From Prevotella sp. (GTDB lineage Bacteria; Bacteroidota; Bacteroidia; Bacteroidales; Bacteroidaceae), in assembly GCA_017470055.1 (NCBI GenBank), contig JAFUFD010000087.1, positions 53,467 to 117,466 of the forward strand: a stretch of DNA of 64,000 bases. Reading direction: 5' to 3'. The position numbers were made by a program, and so were the translations under genes. Positions 1 through 10,885 of the stretch are shown piece by piece (position 1 is the stretch's first letter; each line of letters starts with the position of its first letter). The notes beneath the pieces are model-generated. The model saw only the letters and a program-made list of their open reading frames with translations, made no database searches and was not told where the DNA came from.

Positions 1-1
1 T

Positions 2-676
2 CAGGACATCGAGCACCTGATCATCGACGGTGCCTCGAAAGACGAGACCCTTGCGATGGCAGAGGTGTATCGCACGAGCGTCCCCTATCAGGTCGTCATC
101 CAGTCGGAGCCTGACCATGGACTCTATGACGCCATGAACAAAGGACTGCGCCTTGCCACAGGCGACTACCTCGTCTTCCTCAATGCGGGCGACACCCTTC
201 ATGCCGAGGATACCCTGACCACTCTTACCTCTCACCTCTTACCTCTTACCTCTCAATCCCCTGCCGTCATCTATGGCGACACGGCTATTGTCAACGAAGA
301 AGGACAGTTCCTCCATCTGCGCAGGCTTCGCCCACCTAAGAAACTGACGTGGAAGTCGTTCCGCCAAGGGATGCTGGTATGCCATCAGGCTTTCTACGTC
401 CGCACGGACATCGCCCGAGAGGAGCAGTACGACCTGCAATACCGTCATTCTGCTGATGTCGACTGGTGTATCCGTGTCATGAAGCGAGCCGAGGCGATGC
501 GTCTGCCCTTCGTCAACAGCCAGGTCATCCTTGCCGACTTCCTCGAGGGAGGCGATTCCACCCAGCACCATCGCGCCTCCTTGAGAGAGCGTTATCAGGT
601 CATGTGCCACCACTATGGAAAGGTTTCTACCCTTGTCATGCACGCCTGGTTTTTAGTACGCCAGTTATTCCGTTGA
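2..676 (+). CDS. Family 2 glycosyltransferase (5'-truncated by window edge)
   Basis: Frame is open from base 2 (QDIEHLIIDGASKDET...). GT2 motifs EPDHGLYDAMNKG, YLVFLNAGD and CHQAF are present. Confidence 0.9.
   Translation, partial: QDIEHLIIDGASKDETLAMAEVYRTSVPYQVVIQSEPDHGLYDAMNKGLRLATGDYLVFLNAGDTLHAEDTLTTLTSHLLPLTSQSPAVIYGDTAIVNEEGQFLHLRRLRPPKKLTWKSFRQGMLVCHQAFYVRTDIAREEQYDLQYRHSADVDWCIRVMKRAEAMRLPFVNSQVILADFLEGGDSTQHHRASLRERYQVMCHHYGKVSTLVMHAWFLVRQLFR
222..256 (+). repeat. Heptamer tandem repeat inside GT2 CDS (CTCT[T/C]AC x5)
   Basis: ctcttac ctctcac ctcttac ctcttac ctctcaa, read as LTSHLLPLTSQ. Confidence 0.85.
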
Positions 677-678
677 TA

Positions 679-758
679 TTCCCATGCTGGGAATCCATTA
701 TTCCCACGTTGGGAATTTTACTTTCCCACGTTGGGAATCTTTTTTCCCATGCTGGGAA
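679..758. repeat. Tandem palindromic repeat TTCCCA(C/T)G(C/T)TGGGAA x4, period 22/22/21 bp
   Basis: Units start at 679, 701, 723 and 744, between convergent genes. Confidence 0.9.
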
Positions 759-807
759 TTTCCGCCTCGCAACTATTGTATTCCGTCAACTGACACGCTA
801 TTATGGG

Positions 808-842
808 AAAAACAGAGTCCGGATCTTCACAGACCCGGACTC
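808..842 (-). terminator. Intrinsic terminator of the xylan susC/D-GH10 operon
   Basis: Minus strand GAGTCCGGGTCT-GTGA-AGATCCGGACTC followed by TGTTTTT, just downstream of the GH10 stop. Confidence 0.8.
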
Positions 843-884
843 CACACAATGTAAAGTTCTAAAAATTACCCATTGGGTAATGCC

Positions 885-3074
885 TTATTTACCAGCAAGA
901 CCATCCGCAAAGCCTGCATAGGTATGCTTGCGATAATATTTCGAATCCCAAAGACCAACGGGCTCACCACCACGCCAGCCACTGTTTGCAGGAGCGTCCG
1001 TAGCGCACCACTGGGTGATACCCCACTGCTGATTGGCAGGGATAATCTCCAGATACTTCGATACGACGAACTCATAGAGTTCTGCCATCTGATGGTGCTG
1101 CTCCTCAGTCATGTCGTCAGTCTTCACGCTGTTACCGTCAGCATCCACATAACCCATGTCGAGTTCGCTGATACGGCACAGTTTGCCAGAAGCAGCCATC
1201 AATTTCAGCATATTCTCGATAGCCTTCTTCTTGCTCTCCTGAGTAGTAGGATTAGCATAGCAAGAGATGTGCATCTGAGAACCGATACCATCGATCTTCG
1301 TCACACCGTCAGCCTCCCAACGCTTGATCCATGCGATGAGACTCTTCAGTTTGCCGTTCTGATCCCAGTCGCTCTCAAGGTTGTAGTCGTTGACGAATAA
1401 CTTGATGTCCTCAGGACCATACTGGCGAGCCAGACGAACAGCCGTGCGAACATAGTCGAGATCGCCCATGTAGTCCTGCCAGAAGAAGTTGTTGGCATCG
1501 CCATTGTCATGCTGCAGGGCATAGACACCCTCACCATCGGCATTGCCACCAGAGATTGCCTCGTTGACAACATCCCATGCGTGAACATTGCCGTCACAAG
1601 CCTCCATCATACCAGCGATCCACTGCTCCATAGCCCATGTCAGTGTATCCTTCTTCTCCTGTGGTGTCAAAGGAATACCGTCACCAGCCTTCTCGATTTC
1701 CAGTACTACATTATCCATATAATAAGCACCGTCGGAAGCATTGGGTGACATATTGAAAGCGATGGATTTCATACCATTGGCTCCTGCCATAGAAGCATCT
1801 ACTGTAAAGGTCTTGTCATAGGTCTGCCACTCACTGGTAAAGGCTACAGTACCTGCGCACTGCCAGTGCTGATACTCACCAGGACCGAAGTGAGCCTGAG
1901 TATCCACATTAGTACCCGCACAACCACCATCCGCACGATAGTCGAATGACACATGAATCTTATCACCCTCATTTAGTACCTCATTGGAGACAATCCAGAA
2001 CTGGCTCTCCCAAGAATCACCATAGCCACCCTTAGACGTAATCTTAGCACCACGGCTACCATCCTTACCGACACCATCGAAGATCTCATAGGTAATAGCA
2101 CCCTGATCTGACTTTGTAGCAAAGTTATGGGCATCATCACCCTCCATATCGCCATTGTCAATCAAACTTGCCATATAAGTAGCGGGACCTGCGGCCTCCA
2201 TGCTGATAATCTTCAGAGAGAGGAGTTTGTAAGTACCAACGAAGTCACCTGACTGGAAGAGGATGAACTGTCCACTCACACCTTCGGCTGGCGAGAACTC
2301 GATGGTAATCTCATTCTCTCCTGCATCAAAGTCGAAGACACCTTCTTTAACAGCACTTCCCCAGTCTCCTATTTTAAAGTGCATGGTACCTGCGCCAGTA
2401 GATTCCATCTTAACAATCATCTTATACTGCGTTCCCCCATCGAAAGAGAGCCCAGATGCGATATGATACTGTAAATCATACCAAGGATCAATAGCCGCAT
2501 CATTAACTACTTTCAAGCCTCCATCCATAGAGATATGCTCCATTGCGGTACCACTACCCCAACCGTAGTTGTAAGTGGTTCCTGTGGTATAGTCAATGTT
2601 CGTCACTTCCTTCTCCACCATGTCGTTTGGATCAATCTCAATGGGTTTGTCTGCAAGCAGACTTGTCAGCCATTTCGCAGGCTGCTGGGAATGCCAGGCA
2701 AGTGTGTGTCCATAGACATTCAGACCAGCCTCTGTAGCGGTGTTGACAAAATCACTAACAGTAGCGAAGTTCATCTCACCCTTATCGTTGACTACGGATG
2801 CCATCTTCATGGCATTACCTGCCACTATCTCCCCAAAGTTCGAGTTGGTCAACGAGTACACCAACTCCTGCTTCAGATAATCATTCGCCTCCACAGCAAG
2901 ACCCAGTTTGAAGTCAGGGTTGCTGACATACTCCTTCAGAGGCTTATAGTCGTTCAGATAGGCATACTCAGCGGACATGTCAGGACGTCCCACCTCGTAA
3001 GTCTGGTCGAACTCGTCGGCACACGAAACCATCAACATGGCTCCGAGTGCTGATATGATTAATACTTTCTTCAT
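885..3074 (-). CDS. GH10 endo-1,4-beta-xylanase lipoprotein with CBM4-like modules inserted in the catalytic domain (Xyn10C-type)
   Basis: Lipobox LMVSC. GH10 motifs NAMK, GHTLAWHSQ, WDVVNEA (acid/base), LFVNDYN, GSQMH and ISELD (nucleophile). An insert of roughly 320 aa with CBM4-like repeats (LIDNGDME...YYMDNV) splits the barrel. Confidence 0.9.
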   Translation of the reverse strand: MKKVLIISALGAMLMVSCADEFDQTYEVGRPDMSAEYAYLNDYKPLKEYVSNPDFKLGLAVEANDYLKQELVYSLTNSNFGEIVAGNAMKMASVVNDKGEMNFATVSDFVNTATEAGLNVYGHTLAWHSQQPAKWLTSLLADKPIEIDPNDMVEKEVTNIDYTTGTTYNYGWGSGTAMEHISMDGGLKVVNDAAIDPWYDLQYHIASGLSFDGGTQYKMIVKMESTGAGTMHFKIGDWGSAVKEGVFDFDAGENEITIEFSPAEGVSGQFILFQSGDFVGTYKLLSLKIISMEAAGPATYMASLIDNGDMEGDDAHNFATKSDQGAITYEIFDGVGKDGSRGAKITSKGGYGDSWESQFWIVSNEVLNEGDKIHVSFDYRADGGCAGTNVDTQAHFGPGEYQHWQCAGTVAFTSEWQTYDKTFTVDASMAGANGMKSIAFNMSPNASDGAYYMDNVVLEIEKAGDGIPLTPQEKKDTLTWAMEQWIAGMMEACDGNVHAWDVVNEAISGGNADGEGVYALQHDNGDANNFFWQDYMGDLDYVRTAVRLARQYGPEDIKLFVNDYNLESDWDQNGKLKSLIAWIKRWEADGVTKIDGIGSQMHISCYANPTTQESKKKAIENMLKLMAASGKLCRISELDMGYVDADGNSVKTDDMTEEQHHQMAELYEFVVSKYLEIIPANQQWGITQWCATDAPANSGWRGGEPVGLWDSKYYRKHTYAGFADGLAGK

Positions 3075-3092
3075 AGTTTCCTATTTTTAGTG

Positions 3093-4175
3093 TTATTTAT
3101 TATAGGTAGGAGCAAACTCCTCGCTCGTCACACCACTACGCTGCCAAACGAGTTTCTCATTGACATCAGCCTTAATAGCATTACCTTTGTCGTCTGTGGT
3201 ATTAAAGTCAATCTTATAGGCAAGTTCCATCAAGTCACGGTCCTTATTACCCCATGCTTTCTTTGCTCCATCGTCAGTCCAAGAGCCTGAACCCGTCGCA
3301 TCATAACCACCAGTAACAGAAGATATCGTGCACTGACCATTGCCGTCAAAGTTCAGCGACAAGTCGATATTGTAAGTCTTCGACACTTTCTCGAACAGAG
3401 GATTACCTTCATTGTCCTTTTCAATATTGCCATCCTTGTCACGCTTGTACTGCCAATAGTCGTTGGTAGTCCAACTTGCATGATAGACAGACTGTGACAA
3501 AGACTTGGTCTCAATCTGTACTGTTCCAGCCTTCTCGATATTGTCGATGCTGGTAGTACCATAGGTCAGCCAGGTGCCAGAATACTTGTTCTGGAACTTC
3601 ACACAATAGAGGACATAGTCCATGGGAAGTGTTTCCCACTGAGACTCATCTGTACGGATAGCCTGACCATTTTCTTTCAAAGTACCTGACAGGATCTTAC
3701 CAAAGCCCGTCTGTGAAGTGATAACCACAGGAATGACATAGGTATTCTTGATAGCATCAGGATCGTTGAAGAAAGCGTCTGTCAACTGCACCTCTGTCGT
3801 ACCAGTCATACCGCCATTGAAAGCGAGCGTGGTCGTTGACAGGGAGTAATACTCTGTAGGCATTGCCTTTACAGGAGTACCATCCGCAAAAGTCAGATTG
3901 TCGACTAATGTAGGATCAACGGCAATATTCACTGAGCCGTTAGATCCATTGTAAGAGCCACCAAAGGTAACCTTGATCTGACACTTATGCGCCTTGTCGA
4001 GCGTGGTGTCATACTCGTCATCACCCAGTACGATGGTACGAACTGGATACTGATAGGCAAAGTAAACACTGGTACCACCCTCGTAGTCAGGAAACTCTGC
4101 ATCGCCATTCTTACATGAGGTGAACAGCGCACCAGCCAGCAAGATGCTGAGCATATATGATATTTTCTTATTCAT
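3093..4175 (-). CDS. PUL accessory surface lipoprotein (DUF1735/DUF5627-like, XusE-type)
   Basis: Lipobox LFTSC; VYFAYQYPVRTIVLG and YVIPVVI motifs; lies between susD and GH10. Confidence 0.75.
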   Translation of the reverse strand: MNKKISYMLSILLAGALFTSCKNGDAEFPDYEGGTSVYFAYQYPVRTIVLGDDEYDTTLDKAHKCQIKVTFGGSYNGSNGSVNIAVDPTLVDNLTFADGTPVKAMPTEYYSLSTTTLAFNGGMTGTTEVQLTDAFFNDPDAIKNTYVIPVVITSQTGFGKILSGTLKENGQAIRTDESQWETLPMDYVLYCVKFQNKYSGTWLTYGTTSIDNIEKAGTVQIETKSLSQSVYHASWTTNDYWQYKRDKDGNIEKDNEGNPLFEKVSKTYNIDLSLNFDGNGQCTISSVTGGYDATGSGSWTDDGAKKAWGNKDRDLMELAYKIDFNTTDDKGNAIKADVNEKLVWQRSGVTSEEFAPTYNK

Positions 4176-4197
4176 AGTTATTTTAGAATTTTACATG

Positions 4198-6009
4198 TTA
4201 TTTTGTTGTCCATCCATCATTCTGCTGCAGATTGCTCCACTTCAGCACCTCGCTATAAGGAATAGGACCGTAGATCATATAGTCCTGATACTGACGAGGC
4301 TCCACATCGATTACCTTGAAGTTCAGCGCACCTGTAGCACTGTTGGTGGTGATGTTCACACCCTTAGCCGTCTCCGTCAGATTAGCCTGCCAGCGGCGCA
4401 GATCCCAGAAACGATGGTTCTCGAAGCAGAGTTCCAGACGACGCTCGTTGCGGATCAACTCACGCATCTTAGCCTGGTCGTTCTTGATACTCTCCAGATA
4501 GGGGTCAGCCCAACCATCCTCGTGAACACGAGCACGGAGCGCCTTGATGACATCGTATGCGGAGAAGCCTGCACCACCTACATTCGCCGTTGGTCCCTGA
4601 GCCTCGTTAGCAGCCTCCGCATAGTCGAGCAGAATCTCTGTCGTACGGATGCGAGCACCGAAGTGACGCTGGTCTGTCGTACTGGATGGGGTCAGGTTGA
4701 CATCATCGCGAAGCAACTTACGCATATAGAAACCGGTAGTGGTAGACAGACCGTTCTCATGATTCAAACCATCGATATACGCTGGGTCTTGTGGATCTGT
4801 GTCTGATGCCGTATTGATAGCCTTGCCACTGGCACCAATGGTCTCACCATTGACCAAGATGTACATCTTCAGACGTGGGTCACGGTTCTCATAAGGATTA
4901 GCAGGATCATAGTCAGCAGCAGAAGCGATAGGATAGCCACTTGCTGTCGGGAAAGCGTCCACCAAGTTCTGAGTGGGGTTGATACGTCCCTTTCCATCCT
5001 GTGAGGGAGGATAGTTGTCGGACTCCATGTCGTGGCTGTCACCAACCGTACCACGCCAGACAATCTCAACAGGGTCTGGATCCGTGAACTTATAGTTGTT
5101 GATATAACTCTTGTTAGCGAACCACTTCCAACCCGTAGGGTCGACATTCGCACTCAGTCCACCACGGATCTTCAGGTAGTCAGCGGCATACTTTGCAGCC
5201 TGCTCGTAAGTCATGGCACCTGCGGACTGGTAGGCGGGAGAGGCGGCGAAGATGGCAACCTGTGCCTTGAAAGCCGCAATGATGTTGGCATCAATCTTAC
5301 CACGCTGCATGTTACCAAAGGCACGGTTGTACTCTGCGTCAGTAGCACCTAATGAGGCGTACTTGGCAGGAACGCCAGAAGCATCCACGTCACCATACTG
5401 GGCAGGAACATACTTCAGTGCCTCGTCGAAGTCGGCAAGAATCTGGTCGACACACTCCTTAAAGGTATTACGAGGCAGGTTGAAGTCAGAGTACTGATCC
5501 TCTGATTGCAGATGGATGGGCACGCCCATCAACTGACCGTCCACCATTCCGCAATGAGCACGCAACAAGTAGAACATGTGGAGACCACGGAGGGCATAAG
5601 CCTGACCTTTGTAAAGATCCATGTGCATCTGGTTCAAAGCCTCACTGGTATAGTCCCATCTCACCTGCTCAATGTTCTCCAAGAACAGGTTACAATACTG
5701 GATGGCATGATAGCGAGTCTCCCATTGGTTGACGGGGTTCATCTCAGAAGTCCAGTTACCCGTTGCCATCTTTTTATAGTTATTATCGGTATTGTTAGAT
5801 ACCGCATCATCAGTGGCAACGTCACTGACTGACGACCCATCGTATGGCAGCACCAGGAAGGCGTTGTCAATCAGACCACGCGCGAACTGGGGGTCATTAT
5901 ACATTTCGGTAATCTCCTGATTATTCTCCAAAGCGGGGTTAATCAGGTCGTCACAGGCAGTCAGTGCCATGACAGCAGTTCCGAAAAGGATGATATTTTT
6001 AAGTTTCAT
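4198..6009 (-). CDS. susD: SusD/RagB family glycan-binding lipoprotein
   Basis: Lipobox LTAC; ENRDPRL; IRNERRLELCFENHRFWDLRRW; follows susC. Confidence 0.92.
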   Translation of the reverse strand: MKLKNIILFGTAVMALTACDDLINPALENNQEITEMYNDPQFARGLIDNAFLVLPYDGSSVSDVATDDAVSNNTDNNYKKMATGNWTSEMNPVNQWETRYHAIQYCNLFLENIEQVRWDYTSEALNQMHMDLYKGQAYALRGLHMFYLLRAHCGMVDGQLMGVPIHLQSEDQYSDFNLPRNTFKECVDQILADFDEALKYVPAQYGDVDASGVPAKYASLGATDAEYNRAFGNMQRGKIDANIIAAFKAQVAIFAASPAYQSAGAMTYEQAAKYAADYLKIRGGLSANVDPTGWKWFANKSYINNYKFTDPDPVEIVWRGTVGDSHDMESDNYPPSQDGKGRINPTQNLVDAFPTASGYPIASAADYDPANPYENRDPRLKMYILVNGETIGASGKAINTASDTDPQDPAYIDGLNHENGLSTTTGFYMRKLLRDDVNLTPSSTTDQRHFGARIRTTEILLDYAEAANEAQGPTANVGGAGFSAYDVIKALRARVHEDGWADPYLESIKNDQAKMRELIRNERRLELCFENHRFWDLRRWQANLTETAKGVNITTNSATGALNFKVIDVEPRQYQDYMIYGPIPYSEVLKWSNLQQNDGWTTK

Positions 6010-6028
6010 ATCTTTAGTCTTTTATGTT

Positions 6029-8875
6029 TTAGAACTTAACTTGAACACCAAGGTTGTAGAAACGAGCCTGAGGCTCACTGCCCACACTCATCTCCATCAA
6101 CTCACGCTCCTTGGCGATCGTCAGCAGACTGTTGCCGCTGGCGTATACAGAGAGACCCTTTATAATGCCCTCACCGATGATAGACTTCGGGAAGTCGTAG
6201 GTCAACTGTACCTTAGCAAGGTCAAAACGAGAGGTGGAGTACATCCAGAAGTCAGAGTTGGTGTTGTTGTTGGCACCACTCTGAGTGGTCAGACGAGGAT
6301 AAGTAGCAGTCTCGGCTGTCTCTGGAGTCCAGCGACCACGAACCACTGCTGAGTACTTGTCCTCACCAGAGATCCACCAGTAACTATTGCTCTTCATTGC
6401 CTTTCCGCCGAAGCCTCCTACACCCAGCATAAATAGGGTGAAGTTCTTATACTTGAAAGTAAGGTTGACACCTAAAGTCGTTGGAGAGCCATACCAGCCT
6501 GCCTTACCCAGATAGACCTGGTCCTTGGTATCAATGATACCATCACCGTTCTGGTCTTTGTACTTCAAATCGCCAGGACGAGCGGTAGCACCCAGTTTCT
6601 GCTCAGGAGAGGCAGCGATGTCAGCCTCATCCTTGAAGAAACCAAGACACTCATAACCCCAGATAGCGTCCAGAGGCTGTCCCTGACGGCACTGATAAGC
6701 GTCAGCATAGTTGGTATCATCACGCTTTGACGCCTTCGTGGTATAGTGAGTCAGGTTGACTCCAACCTGCATTCCGAAGTCCTTACCAAAATCCTTCTTA
6801 TAGTTCAGGGCAAGGTCGAAACCTGTGCGGCTGTCCTCGTTGAAGTTGATGTAAGGCAGGAAAGAGGACTCAGGATAGTAAACCTTGAAGTAACTGGGAA
6901 GCGTATTGCTTGCCGTGATGATTCCACCAGTGATCTTATTGGTGAAGAAAGAGAAGTCGGCTGTCAACGCGCGCTTCAACAAAGCGGCATGCAAACTAAC
7001 GGAGAACTCCTTGCGATGCAGGTAGGTGAAGTCGTCGTTACCACCAAGTCTTGACTGTACGGCGGAGTGACCAGTCTCACCATTCCAGTCCCACCAACCA
7101 CCACTCTTGTAGTTGGCAAGATACATATAGTAATCGTTAATACCCAAATCAGTCTTCAGGTCACTGTAACTGGCACTGATCTTCAGTTCATCGAAAATGC
7201 TCTGGTTTGCCATGAAACGCTCCTTGGCGATGTTCCAACCTAAGGTGAAAGAGGGAGAGATACCTGCACGATGACCTTCCGGCAGACGTGCGGACCATGG
7301 AGTGGCGATAGCAAGGTCGGCATAGTATCTCTTGGCGTAGTTATAAGAAGCCTGAAAACCTAAGTTGGCATTGCTCAGTTTGTGGTAAACACCAGAGACG
7401 GTCTGCTGCCATCCGTTGACAACGGCAATCGCACTGACATTATGTACGTCATTAAACGTACGGTTGTAATCGAAGTGAGCGTTAAAGGCTATCATCTGGT
7501 TATCAGTAGAGCCACTGATGTTCTGCACACCCGACTTCTCATCCTTCGTCTCATGGTTATTCAAGGCAACAATCACATCCTGTCCGTTATAGGTGCTCCA
7601 AGTTGGCTCATAGGTAGCATAGGAGTTGTTGAACGATGTCGAGTAAGTAGTAGCATAGTCAACACCCACCAGAGCATGGAAACTCAAGCCTTTCAGCAGG
7701 GAACTCAAGTCAACATTCACACCAGCGTCAAACTGGAACTGGCGACTGGTCCATGTATTGTAACCAGCAGAATACATATCCGCAAACACGTTGGTGCGAT
7801 CGGTCTGTGATCCTGCCAGGAAACAACCGTTGATCATGTTGTTGGATGCCGCAAGCATGGTCTTGGCGGCAACAGCGTTCTCATCCAGATAACTCAGTGG
7901 AATCAGCGGACTGATACGGTTAGGGCGCATCGTGGCAGCCTGTGCCCAGAATCCTGCGCCATTGGTGCCGCGAGAGTTGTAGTAAGTGGCATTGGCATTC
8001 ACAAAGGCAGTAATGAAGTTATTGATCTTCATGTCCACGTTACCACGTACATTGAAACGGTCAGTGAAATTGTTCTCCGCCTCACCGAAGTTACGGAAAT
8101 CGCCCGTGCGATAGTAACTGACGTTGGCATAGAACTTGGCACGCTCGTTACCACCCTCAATCTCCGCTGTCACATCAGAACGGTTATAGGACTTCTTGAT
8201 AAAATCAGAGGAATAGAAATTCACGTTCGGATAGCGATAGGGATTCAGACCCGTTGCCGTGTTATAGATATCCTCTTGGGTATACAACGGATTCATCCCG
8301 TCGTTAGCACGAGCCTCGTTATAAAGAGTCATATACTCAGCGGAGCCCAGATACTCAGGATAACTCTTAGCCACTGCCCAACCTGTGTTGGCACGGACAT
8401 TGACATGCAGACCGTCTGTCACCTGACCACGCTTGGTGGTGATCAGCACAACACCCTTGGCGGCACGGCTGCCATAGAGCACCACAGCCTGTGCGCCTTT
8501 CAGAAAAGTAATCTCCTCTATCTCGTCTGGCTTCACGTTATTTGCCGCACGGGGCACACCGTCTATCAAGACCAGCATACCATTGGGGACATTATCGGAA
8601 CTATAGTCAGAAGAACCCTCAAGCCCCCACAGACCGGCACCAGTATAACCTGCCACATAGCCCTGCATATTATCAAGGCTATACGTATTATAGTTCTTCT
8701 TCATCAACTCTCGGTAGTTGATGGACGAGACACCACCCAGCACATCATCTTTAGCCACCTTACGGAAGGCGACATTGACGAGTGAGTCCGTGCCAGTCTC
8801 AATCTGTGCCGCAGCAGGTATCGCAACTGTCAGGCAGAGAGCCAATGAGGCATATTTAATATTCTTGGTAATCAT
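6029..8875 (-). CDS. susC: SusC/RagA TonB-dependent transporter (short form without N-terminal extension)
   Basis: LKGAQAVVLYGSRAAKGVVLITTKRG plug motif; PGDLKYKDQNGDGIID; C-terminal VQVKF. Confidence 0.92.
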   Translation of the reverse strand: MITKNIKYASLALCLTVAIPAAAQIETGTDSLVNVAFRKVAKDDVLGGVSSINYRELMKKNYNTYSLDNMQGYVAGYTGAGLWGLEGSSDYSSDNVPNGMLVLIDGVPRAANNVKPDEIEEITFLKGAQAVVLYGSRAAKGVVLITTKRGQVTDGLHVNVRANTGWAVAKSYPEYLGSAEYMTLYNEARANDGMNPLYTQEDIYNTATGLNPYRYPNVNFYSSDFIKKSYNRSDVTAEIEGGNERAKFYANVSYYRTGDFRNFGEAENNFTDRFNVRGNVDMKINNFITAFVNANATYYNSRGTNGAGFWAQAATMRPNRISPLIPLSYLDENAVAAKTMLAASNNMINGCFLAGSQTDRTNVFADMYSAGYNTWTSRQFQFDAGVNVDLSSLLKGLSFHALVGVDYATTYSTSFNNSYATYEPTWSTYNGQDVIVALNNHETKDEKSGVQNISGSTDNQMIAFNAHFDYNRTFNDVHNVSAIAVVNGWQQTVSGVYHKLSNANLGFQASYNYAKRYYADLAIATPWSARLPEGHRAGISPSFTLGWNIAKERFMANQSIFDELKISASYSDLKTDLGINDYYMYLANYKSGGWWDWNGETGHSAVQSRLGGNDDFTYLHRKEFSVSLHAALLKRALTADFSFFTNKITGGIITASNTLPSYFKVYYPESSFLPYINFNEDSRTGFDLALNYKKDFGKDFGMQVGVNLTHYTTKASKRDDTNYADAYQCRQGQPLDAIWGYECLGFFKDEADIAASPEQKLGATARPGDLKYKDQNGDGIIDTKDQVYLGKAGWYGSPTTLGVNLTFKYKNFTLFMLGVGGFGGKAMKSNSYWWISGEDKYSAVVRGRWTPETAETATYPRLTTQSGANNNTNSDFWMYSTSRFDLAKVQLTYDFPKSIIGEGIIKGLSVYASGNSLLTIAKERELMEMSVGSEPQARFYNLGVQVKF

Positions 8876-8905
8876 ATTATTATTTTCTAATTTCTACATG
8901 TTTGT

Positions 8906-10873
8906 TTACCATCCTGGATTCTGAGGATACTCATCATAGAGGAAAGTCTCATCATCCTTCAGCGGCAGCAGATAGTGTTTCGTTCCAAAGGAACGCTCCA
9001 CGATAGTCGTCTCGCTCCAACCAGAAACCTCAGCATCACGAGGATCATCCTTCGCATAGTCGAAATTGCCTACACGATGGAACTCCTGACGGGTCTTGAT
9101 GTTATAGGGAGCCTCGGTGAGGAGCAACCAACGCTGCAGGTCATTCCAACGGAAGCCCTCGAAAGCAAGTTCACAGGCACGCTCACGACGAACCTCGTCC
9201 ATGAACTTATTCTTGTCGGAAAGGAACTTGTCGGCAACATGTCCTGCACCTACACGGTCACGAAGCACATTGATGGCATCGACAGCGGTATGTGTGCATT
9301 TGCTGCTCTTATAAGAAGCACCTCCTGCGGCAGCACCAGCCTCAGCATACATCAGATAGATGTCTGCTACACGGAGGTAAGGCAGATAGGTCTGCAGGGC
9401 ACCACCCCAGTTGTACATTCCGTCGTACTTGTTACACTGGTGGGGAACCAACTTCTGACAGAAGTAACCTGTACGGCTACCATCGGCAGAACGGGCAGGG
9501 TTACCTGTAGGTACCATATTACCACCTGTGTACATCTCCAGATACTGGAAGGGTTTGTCGGCATCAGATGGTGTGGTGTTCAGGAACTTAAAGCCATCGA
9601 ACATGATGTCGTGGTAGAAACGCGGGTCACGGTTCTTGAAAGGATGTGTCGGGTCGAAACCTGAGTCTGGGTCATCCAAAGGCAGCCCATTCTCCATGCC
9701 ATAAGCATAGTTAATATAGTTTGCGGTTGGCATGTGGATGATAGCATCGTGCTCTACAAGGTTGTTCACCTTCGGGCCCCATAACTTCGTGAAGTTCCAG
9801 TTAGACCCATTGATCTCAGGCATCGGACCACGCATGACAGCCTCTACACCGCCAGGCATCTTCCAACTCTGACCTGTTGTATAAAATATATCTGAGTAGT
9901 TAGAAATTGAATTTTTGTCAGCAACATGGTTGTAGATATCCTCATACTTATACTCCGCAAGGGCATATGGACTTTTACCGCTCTCAATGTCAGCGATTGC
10001 CTCAGCGAGCGCATCAGCGGCACGACCCGCAAGTTGTGCGTTATACTGGTAAGTCTTACCATTCTTAGAAGCACCAGTCTGCGCACCAATCTCATTCAAC
10101 GGAGAGGCTGCCCACAAGAGAGCCTTACCCATATAGGCAAGGGCACAGACCTTCGTGATACGCAGGTCGTTCTTACCCAAGGTCTTCTTACCAATCGCCG
10201 TATTGTCCCAGTTGTCTGGCAACAAATCAGCAGCGGCACGGAAGTCCTCTGCACATCTTTCCGCACACTCCTGGAAGGAGAGGCGTGGTAAGTCGAAAGG
10301 ACCATCAGCGGCAATCGCATGATCCACATAGGGCAGACCACCGAACCATACCATCTGCTCCAAGTGCCACCAAGCACGGAAGAAGAGTAACTGACCCTTG
10401 ATGAGGTTTTTCTCCTCCTGGGTTGCGTTGGTCATCTTGTCCAGATTCTCCAATCCGAGATTCATCTTACGGATGCAATACCATGCATGCTCCAAAGAGT
10501 GGGAGAACTTATCAACCTTCGTAGAACTTAACTCGCCGGCAGAACGATGCAGATAACTCTGATCGTTTGAATACCAGTTACGATAGTCACCTAAGTCGAA
10601 ATGAGCCGTCACATGGGTGTCGCCACCACCTGTGTTCATCAACTCGTCCTCACCCCAGTTGAAAGTACAGCACCAATAATTAGACTCCTTGTTAGGAATA
10701 CAGTTGTAGGATTCCTCCACAAAGCCCTGGAAACTGGTGAAGTTCTGGAACGCCATCTCCGGGTTCACGTCCGAGTCTGGTGTCTTGTCCAGATAGTCGG
10801 TACAAGAGGTTGCCCCGAAAGAGAGCGAAACGGTTGCAACACCTAATAATATATATTGATTCATCTTTTTCAT
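8906..10873 (-). CDS. susD: SusD/RagB family glycan-binding lipoprotein
   Basis: Lipobox ATSC; KNRDPRFY; VRRERACELAFEGFRWNDLQRW; ends QNPGW. Confidence 0.92.
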   Translation of the reverse strand: MKKMNQYILLGVATVSLSFGATSCTDYLDKTPDSDVNPEMAFQNFTSFQGFVEESYNCIPNKESNYWCCTFNWGEDELMNTGGGDTHVTAHFDLGDYRNWYSNDQSYLHRSAGELSSTKVDKFSHSLEHAWYCIRKMNLGLENLDKMTNATQEEKNLIKGQLLFFRAWWHLEQMVWFGGLPYVDHAIAADGPFDLPRLSFQECAERCAEDFRAAADLLPDNWDNTAIGKKTLGKNDLRITKVCALAYMGKALLWAASPLNEIGAQTGASKNGKTYQYNAQLAGRAADALAEAIADIESGKSPYALAEYKYEDIYNHVADKNSISNYSDIFYTTGQSWKMPGGVEAVMRGPMPEINGSNWNFTKLWGPKVNNLVEHDAIIHMPTANYINYAYGMENGLPLDDPDSGFDPTHPFKNRDPRFYHDIMFDGFKFLNTTPSDADKPFQYLEMYTGGNMVPTGNPARSADGSRTGYFCQKLVPHQCNKYDGMYNWGGALQTYLPYLRVADIYLMYAEAGAAAGGASYKSSKCTHTAVDAINVLRDRVGAGHVADKFLSDKNKFMDEVRRERACELAFEGFRWNDLQRWLLLTEAPYNIKTRQEFHRVGNFDYAKDDPRDAEVSGWSETTIVERSFGTKHYLLPLKDDETFLYDEYPQNPGW

Positions 10874-10885
10874 TGTCGTGTCCTA

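Noticed and set aside
679-758. CRISPR interpretation of the palindromic tandem arrays (also 32510-32586, 45003-45080, 60340-60417)
   Set aside because: Total period is only ~22 bp with linkers of roughly 6-13 bp, far too short for spacers, and there are no cas genes.
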